In this document: positions 56,212 to 64,000 of the stretch, piece by piece
Numbering within the stretch: the first letter of the stretch is position 1
Layout: the number at the start of each line of letters is the position of its first letter
Assembly: GCA_001724265.1 (NCBI GenBank)
Contig: MEDY01000023.1
Coordinates: forward strand, 1 to 64,000
DNA length: 64,000 nucleotides
DNA from: Rhizaria sp. SCN 62-66
Lineage: Eukaryota
Direction of reading: 5' to 3'
The notes under the pieces: model-generated
What the model saw: only the letters and a program-made list of their open reading frames with translations
What the model was told of the DNA's origin: nothing
Databases searched by the model: none
Translations under genes and position numbers: made by a program

Positions 56212-59200
56212 TCACTGGCCCTGCTGCCTGTCATCCTCAGTGATCTCGAGCGTCTCCTTGCTGCCCTCCTGCTGCTGGTCAAGCACGCGCATGCTGTGCG
56301 GCAGCACCACGTTGAGCTCGGTCCACTTCTGCAGCGCCAACTCGATGTTGCTCATGTCCGTGGCCACCACGTCGCGGCTGATCTTCGCGTCGCGGCCCTT
56401 GAACGGTTCCAGTCCGTCCATGACGACGCTCTTGAGCAGCGCGATGACCTTGCCAGACTGGCGCGGGAAACATTGCATGAAGCGGAAGCCGGCAATCTGG
56501 AGGAAGTTGACCCACAGCAGCGCCGAGGCCGCCGTCGTGGGCGCATTGCACAGCCGCGCAACCCACGTCCACAGCTCCGCGACCGGCGCGTCACCGCACT
56601 GCGAGTTGTCGACCTGCAGAAACGCGAGGTATTTCCGCACAACGCCCTGCGCGGTCCCGAAGAAAACCTCATCGTCCTCAAAGCACTTGTTCTCCTCGTC
56701 GAAAGTGAACCCCAGACGGCGCTTGTAAGCCGAGAGCGTCTTGAACTCGCTCTCGCGCGGCAGCACGGGCACAGTGAAGATGCTCCGGTCGTTGAAGACC
56801 GAGATTGCAATCGGGCGCATCGCCGGGAAGCGGCCGCACAGCGTGTCCAGCAGCTGTCCCTTCGCGAAAACCTCTGCGTCGACGTCTTTGTCGCGCGTGA
56901 TGATCTGCTCACAGCAGAACAACGCGGCAAACTTGAAGGCCGTCTCAGGCGGAATGTCGCCAGCGCCGCGCGTCGCAGCAGACTGAATAAAAAAGAAGCA
57001 CAATGTTTAAAGTATTTTAAAGTATAGATGAGAAAGTTGTCGGAGATGAAAAATCGTATTAAAACATAGCGAAGGATTTGCCTCATAAGTGAACGTACTT
57101 GCAGGAGCTCTGAAAGCCCCATAGCAGTGGCGTCGACGGAGATGCGCGTGCCAGCTAGCTTGCTGATCTGCGTCTTGATCTCGCGCTTGAGCTCGCGCTG
57201 CGTTTTAATCGGGATCTCGGCTGCCAGCTGCTCGCGCAGGCCCGCTAGCGCGGCAAGCCGCTGTTCGTACTCCTTGAAGCTCTGGAGCTCGGTGTACGCG
57301 ACGCTGCTGCTGCCGCTACCAGCAGCGCCGGCGGGCTTCTTGACAGCAGCAGGCTTGGCCGCAGCAGCAGCTGCAGTCGCACTCGCCGCAGCTGTGGCCG
57401 CACTCTGCTTGGCCTTATTGGCCGCCGCCTCGGCGTCCGCAGCAGCCTGGGCCTTTGCACGCGCCGCCGCAACCGCCGCCGCAGCCTTGGCGGCGTCCTT
57501 GGCGGCGTTGACGGCCTCGATGGCTTTGTTGACCGCCGCCGCCGCGGCGGCCACGCCAGCCTCCGAAGACTCCGCGGCGGCGATCTCGGTCTGCAGCCCC
57601 AGCGCCTCGGCCGCGGCGCGCGCGGCGGGCGTGGGAAACAGCATCGGCGCGGGCGCCACGAGCGCCAGCGCGGCCTTGAGCGACGCCAGCAGCGCGTCTG
57701 CGGCGGCCTCAGTCATTCCACCCGCCGCCGCACCGCCGGCGCTGGCGGCCTTGGCGGCGGCCGCAGTGGCCTCGGCGGCCGCCTGCGTGGCCTTGGTCGT
57801 GGCGGTCTTGAGAGCGCGCTCGCTGGCGGCCAGCTCGGCGAGCGTCTTGCTGCGCTGGGGCGCCTGGAGCGCGACGCGGCGGCGCTCGGCCGAGATCTTC
57901 TCCAGGATGACGTCATCGCGCGCCTCGCTCGTCGCCTGCTGCGCGCGCAAGGCTGCGACGCGCTTTGCACCCGCGGCCACGGCGGCAGCCACTTCGGCGC
58001 TGATGTTTCCGTGCGCGCCGGCAGACGACGACGCGCTCGCCGCGCTGGCGTTCGCGGACGCACTGCCGCTGGCAGAGACAGTGGCGGGCGTCAGCGAGAG
58101 CGACAGCGTGCGCGCTTGGGTTGAGGGGGAGCGTGCCACGCTTGTCAGAGTCAGGGAGCCTGAGATTCAAGAGAATACATGAGTTTGTTGCGCATCGTGG
58201 GTGAGTTAAAAATAAAGTTTGTTAATAGGAGGTCGGGATTCATAGAGCAATGGATAAAATCAGAAATCAGAACAATAGTCAATTTTCGCTCTCAAAGACG
58301 TACTCGAAGTGAGCGAGGGCGACCGCGGAACGATGGGCGCGCCCACACTGGCGCTGCCGGCGTTGATAGTCAGCGAGCGGGGGCCGACTGACGGGGAGCG
58401 CCCGCCGCCGACCGCGGGCGACTTGGGCCTGTTAGGCACAAGTCCACTCGCACTCACACTGGCCACGCTGGCGTTTGCACTGGCGCTCGTGGCGGCGGCA
58501 AGCGCGGCGGCGGCGGCGTCGGCCGCGCGCGCGGCGACGAGAGCGGCGACGCGGTGACGCGCGCGCTCGGTGTTGAGCGCGGCCGTGGCGGCGAGCGTGA
58601 CGCTAGCGGCGCTGCCGCTGGCGTCGGCGCCCGTGGCCGCGGAGGGCGCGGCGGCCAGAGACAGCGAGTGCGACTGCTCGAGCGACGGTGTGAGCATCAA
58701 CCCCCCGGGCGAGAGCAGCAGCGACGCGCCGCCCTTGCTGGTGCCGAGCGCGCTGTTGCGGGAGAAGCTGAGATCGGGCTCGGCAGAAGGGAAGGCGGCC
58801 GAGAACGCGCGCGCAAGCGCGTCCCTGGTCTTGGCCCGGAAGGCTGCGAACGCGGCCTCCTCGTCGTCAGTATGCTCCTCCTCTTCCTCTTCCTCCTCGT
58901 CTTGCTCGCCCTGTCTGCCGTTGCCGCCGTTCTCGCCGTCGCGCCCCGCGAGCGCCCGCTCGCCGGCATCGCCGTCGCACTCGCTGCCCTCGCGGGAGTA
59001 GTACGAGCGCGACGCGGCTGCGTAGCTTGGCGCAAGCGGGACATGCACGCTCTGGTGGTGGTACGACGCAGCCGCGGGCATGTAAACTGCCGCGCCCTTG
59101 TGATAGGAGGCGGCCGCGGGCGCGTAAGCAGAGAGTGACTGCGTGTAGGCGCCGCGCTGAGTCTCCGCGGGAGTGTTGCCGCCGCGGCGCGGGATCAGCG

Positions 59201-59693
59201 CACCGTGGAACGAAAACGCGGCGTTGTTGCTGTTGTTCGGGCCGGGAGTCGCCGGCGCGGCGTTAGCAAGGGCCACAGCGTACGCGGCGGCGTTGGGGGC
59301 GGCGCGGGCGGGGGACGACGCAGAAGCAGCAGCAGTCGTCGCAGACGCGTTTGCAGCGGCAGTGGGAGGGCGGTGCACGTTAGCGTTTGAGTCGGCGCCC
59401 GCACTGCGAAGCGCAAAAGGACTCTGGAGGTCCAACTGTCCCACTTTCTTGCCATTGTTGCTGCTGCCGTCTTTGTAGCTGTTTTGCAGCAGGAAGCGGC
59501 GCAGCACTACCCAGAGCGCGACCAGAATGACGCCGGCCACGAGGATTAGGGTGAGACTGGAACTGAGGCCGCCCGAGCTCACGCCAGAGCCAGCGGCGGT
59601 CGGCATGTCATAGTTAGCCGCCAAGACAGAGTTAGAACGGATGCTGGCATGCGCATGCGCGCTGGCGCGGTCGCTGTTGCTACCGTAGCCCAT
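56212..59693 (-). CDS. GLE1: mRNA export factor GLE1 (~1073 aa, 3 exons) with a predicted N-terminal TM helix
   Basis: Exons 59693-58304, 58159-57099, 56982-56212 join in frame; ends TGA. Coiled coil followed by a GLE1-like domain: FTVP..YKRRLGF..EDDEVFF..GVVRKYLAF..LWTWVARLCNAP..FLQIAGFRFMQCFPRQSGKVIALL. Confidence 0.8.
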
Positions 59694-60343
59694 TGGCAGC
59701 AGGCTCAGAGAGCGTTAGGCGAGCGCGCGATAAGTGGATACAAAGTCGGAGTAGACTATGTGCGATGGAGTCTTACCACGCGTTTAGTCGAGATTAGTGT
59801 TTAATCTACCTGACAACGAGTATATACACCCACAGAGTTTTGTTGGGAGACACTGTGTATGTGCGGAGAAGAGGTAGGAGGTGAGCGAGAGTGGGTGAAG
59901 ATGGTTGGAACAAGAAGTCATAGATCATGTGATAGAAGGCCTAAGCGCAAGTGCGAATTAAATGTCTAGAATAAATACATAACTAGTGCAACAAAACGCC
60001 GCATAAAATATCAAACAACGGATTTTGGTGTCTGCTGCAGGTAATCGCAATCATGCGCACCAACTGACTTTGACCCACTACCCGCGCACAGAGTCTTCAA
60101 AAGTACTTGTGGTCGTCGCTGAACATATCGAACACGTAGCCATAATATATCTTCGTCAATCATGACTAACCTGAAAAATAGAAACAATTAGAACACATAA
60201 TATCAGTTTATTGTCAATTTATTGAACATAGTCTTCATATAAACAATCTAAACATCGTAACATCACCCCCCCTCACAGATGCAACTCGTCTCACTCCAAA
60301 CTCCTAAATTATTCTCATCCATTCTACTGCGCGCTCCACAGGT

Positions 60344-63300
60344 TCACTGCAGGGCCTTGGGCGCGGCAGCAAGCGCCCTGATAGCCTCGACGCGGGCGCG
60401 GATGCCCGCCGTCTGCTGTGCCAGTCGCGCCACAACTTGCTCCCGCCGAGACCACTGCAGCATACCACGCGCTGTCCCACTCATTTCCGCACTGCCACTA
60501 GCAATAGCAGTGCTACCGCTGCGGTTACCGACGCTGCCTTCGTCCTTGCCCTCCTCCTTCTGTGCACTCGCAGCGCCACCAGTCTTGGCGCCCATCACAG
60601 CGCTGCCGTTGGCCTGAGCCTGAGCCTGAGCGAGGTTGACGAGTTTCGGCGAGTACTTGAGCTCGAACAGCGTCTTCTTCGCCTTGAGCAGGTCCGACTG
60701 CGTCGCCTGCACGCCGCTCGCGCCGCCCTCGCCACCGGTACCCGTAGCGGGGGAGCCCGCGGGGGCGCCGTCGAGCCCGCACAGAGGTGCGGAGGACAGA
60801 GACGCCACCACCAGCGGCGGCAGTGACCGCGCCAGACCGCCCTTGGCGACACACGCACCGGCACCGGCGCCGGCGTCGGCGCTCGCAGCCGCGGTCCCAG
60901 GAGTCACGAGCGCGAATGCGCTGGTACTGTTGGCGAGCGTCACCTGCGCGACCTGTGCCCGCAGCGCTGCGATGACGCGGCCCTGCGCCGCCACGTGGGC
61001 CTCGAGCGCGCTCACAGAGCTGCCGTCCAGCGGGATGAACCCACCCGTCGCGCTCGCTGTCGCCACGGTCGTGCCGCTGAGGCCCGGGCCGCCGACAGCG
61101 CCGGCGCCGCCGGACCGCGCGAGCCCAGGGGGCCCGTCTGCGCCGCCGCTGCCGCTGCCGCTGGCGCCGCTGCTGCTGCTGTCGGAGAGGACGAGACCGG
61201 CGCCGGCCATCTCCTGCTCCAGACGCGCGATGCGGCGCTTGTACACGCTCGCGAGCTTCGCCTGGCGCTCGAGCTCGCCCTAAGAGAGAATTGACGGGGA
61301 TGTGACACAAAAGGAGAAAAATCCGATAAAATCCAAGTTAAAAATGTTAGAATTCTAAAATACAAATAAAAAGAGTTGTTTAATTTCACCACTAGTTCAT
61401 TAATGCAATAAAATATCTTGGTTCTTGATCCGCTTTCGCTTTCACGTACCTGCAACGCCTTGACCGCGGCCTGGTATTCGGTTTCGCGCGCGCGAAGCCG
61501 CTCCACCGTCTTCCTGACCGCGTCCTCGCCGCCCGTCGCCAGCGTCGACCGCCCCGCCGCCGCAGCCGCGTGCGTCCCCGCCCCACCGGCGCCCGCAGCG
61601 GCAGCACCGTTGGTGTCGGTGGCGGCGCCGGGGGAGGAGGTGACGGTGACGCCGCCCGCCGAGGCCGACGCGGATGCCAGCGCGGCCTGCAGCGCGTCGC
61701 CGCGTGCCGTGGCGTCCTTGAGCGCGCGTTTGGCCTCGAACAGCTCGCTCATGCGCTGCTCCAGCTCGCCGCGCGCGGCCTCGGCGGCGGCGTTGGCAGC
61801 TGCAGCCTGCTCCAGTCCGGCCCGAGCCTCGGTGGCTCCGGCCAGGGCCGCCCAGGGCCCCTGCTCCACCCACGTGCTCGCGCTCACCTGAAGCGTCACC
61901 ACAGCCGAAGCAGTCGCTGTGGCGCTTGCGCCAGCGGGTTTGATGCCGGGGAGAGCCGACGTCTCAGTCTTGGCTGCTGCGGGAGCGGCGGAGGCGGCGG
62001 CGGCGGCCTCAGCCTCTGCGGCGGCGGTCGCGGCGGCCAGCGCGGCGCAGTTGGCCGTGTACGCGGCGCGCGTGGCCTCCGTCAGCTCGTGCGCCGCGGC
62101 CAGCACATGCGCGATCGTGCTGCGCGCGCGCGTCAACCACCACACCACCGACGGCGGCTCGCGCGAGGCAGCGGCGCTTACATCGCCAGAGCCGGCCTCA
62201 GGGGAGGTACTTAGACTGCGCGGGCCCGTAGCAATTGCGGCAAACGCGCGCCGGCGCTCCTTGACGCTGAGCCCCGTCAGGGGCGCGCTCGCCGTGTCCT
62301 CGGGCGCCTCGTCGGACTCGATCGACAGCGCCGGCAGCGCGGCGGCGCCGGCGACGCAGGTCCGCACGTGCGCCGCCGCGGCCAGACGCAGCAGCGCGCG
62401 CGCCGCGGTCAGCAGCTTCGCGCCCGCGGCCTCTACGGCGGCGGCGGCGGCGGTTGTCGCCGGGGTCCGCATCGCGCACACGGCGGCGGCGCTGCCAGCG
62501 GTGGAGTTGCCCGTGGCGAGCAGAGTGCCCGGTGCGGCGGCGGCGCCAAGCCACTGCATGAGCGCAGGCAGGGCGGCCGTGGCGTTGCCCAGCGTCCAGT
62601 CGCCGTCGCGCGCCAGCAGCGCCAGCGCGCTCAGGCCGCTGTCGCTTGCAGCCGCGCCCGCGGCGCTCGTGGGCACCGGTGCCGACAGAGAACGCAGCTT
62701 GGGCAGCAGAGTGGCGACGGCGCCGGTGCAGGCGTCGCGCAGTTCGTCCACCAACGCCAGAGAACTGGCCCAGCCGCGGGCGCTACCTTCGCCGCTGCCA
62801 TTGCCGCCCTCAGCAGCCTTGCTGGCCTCGGCATCGTCGGTCTCGTCGTCGTCGTCGTCGTCCTCGTCGTCGTAAACGCCCTCGGACGCGGAGGCCTAAA
62901 GTCGGAAATTAGAACATGATAGTAGAGGTTCGTAAGAATAAATATAAATAAAACAATTTGCAAAAAATACATTAAATGCGAGTTTAGCTCTAGTTCGCTC
63001 AGATGGTATCTAGATAGATCAATTAAACGTTTTTAAGCACGATAACATTTGACGTACCTGACGCTTGACCGCGAGCGCGCGCTCGACGCTGCGCGCCACA
63101 GCCGCGCCCGCCGCCGTTACCATGATAACCTCCTCGAGCACCAGCAGCGCGACCACGGCGGACGCGCCGGCCGCGCTGTTGGCGTTGTTGCTGCCGCCAC
63201 CGCCGCCGCTGCCGCCGGCGAGCGTTCTCAGCCACACGGCCGTCTCGGCGCTGTTGTTGCCGCCGTCGCCGCTGCTCCCGCTCTTCTTCTGCTCCTCGAG

Positions 63301-64000
63301 CGCGCGCACGTCGCAGGCGAGCGCGTCGACGTGCCCGTCAGCGCGGCGTAGGGTGACGCGCGTGCCAGGCAGCACGAGTCCGCGCTCGCCGTCGCCCTGG
63401 GACCCGCCGCCAGCGCCGCGCGTGTCGCCGTCGAAGTCCTCCCCCTCGCCGACCGCGACAACGGCCAGCAGCAGTTCGGGGGCCGCGGAGACGGCCGCGG
63501 CGGTGAGTCTGCCGCGCGCCAGCCCCGTGCCCGCCGCCGACTCGAGCAGCGAGCACGTTGACAGCAGGCCGGAGCGGGCGAGCGCGATGCGGCCCATGGT
63601 CGCCGTGAGCGCCGCCAGAGGCACGTCGAAGCTGGACCCCGCGCCGGTCGCGGAGACGCTCGAGAACACGTCGCTGCTGTTCGCGCTGCCACTCCCGCCG
63701 CTGCTGCCCGCAGTATCACCAGAGTCGGCGCCGGTGCCGCCGAGAGTGGTGTCGGCGTTGTCACGGTCATCGGCCTCGGTCGCAGCGGAGGCGGCGGCGT
63801 CGGCGGCCGCGCCCTGGGCGATGGCGGCGACTTCAGTGACGCTCAGCTCGGCGCCGTCACCGCTGGCAGCGATACTCGCCAGCGCGGCGCTGTTGCCACT
63901 CAGTGTGGTGTTGCCAGAGGTAGCGTTTGAGGCAGAGGGAGCCCAGAGGGAGTCGAGCGCGGCCTCGGTGTCGCGCAGGCCGGGCATGAGAGACGGCAAC
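60344..64000 (-). CDS. DCTN1: 3' part of a large Ala-rich coiled-coil protein, probably dynactin p150Glued (5' end outside the window)
   Basis: Exons >64000-63058, 62895-61450, 61279-60344; ends TGA. The ordered segments GPWAALA..ELEQRMSELFEAKRAL, LRARETEYQAAVKALQ|GELE..YKRRI, ALEAHVAAQGRVIAALR, LSSAPL and SPKLVNL resemble the p150 C-terminal half. Recognised from memory, not aligned. Confidence 0.55.

Overview
This is eukaryotic nuclear DNA, probably from a protist (lineage not determinable here). It is gene-dense, with GC-rich exons and short AT-rich GT-AG introns. I can build 15 protein-coding genes plus one tRNA-Asn(GUU). The genes are a B-box + UPF0652/DUF2009 protein, an S28 serine peptidase, a PARL-like rhomboid, SRPRB, a giant ZSWIM2-like E3 ligase, a DUF2456-like membrane protein, a DUF4050 protein, RagC/D, PHD-BAH ORC1, VPS37, QTRT1, RPC7/POLR3G, a giant CLC, GLE1 and a partial dynactin p150-like gene. 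Main result: the genome appears to use a non-standard nuclear code in which UAG is a sense codon (most likely Gln) while UAA and UGA remain stops. Eight in-frame TAG codons sit inside three otherwise intact genes (6 in ZSWIM2, 1 in QTRT1, 1 in VPS37). No in-frame TAA or TGA was found, and all 15 gene models end in TAA (5) or TGA (10). Secondary signals: an almost invariant +4C splice donor (GTACG), a possible AUU-initiated mitochondrial extension on QTRT1, a CLC lacking its gating glutamate, and a GLE1 with an N-terminal transmembrane helix. All gene models and family calls are by eye, without database searches.
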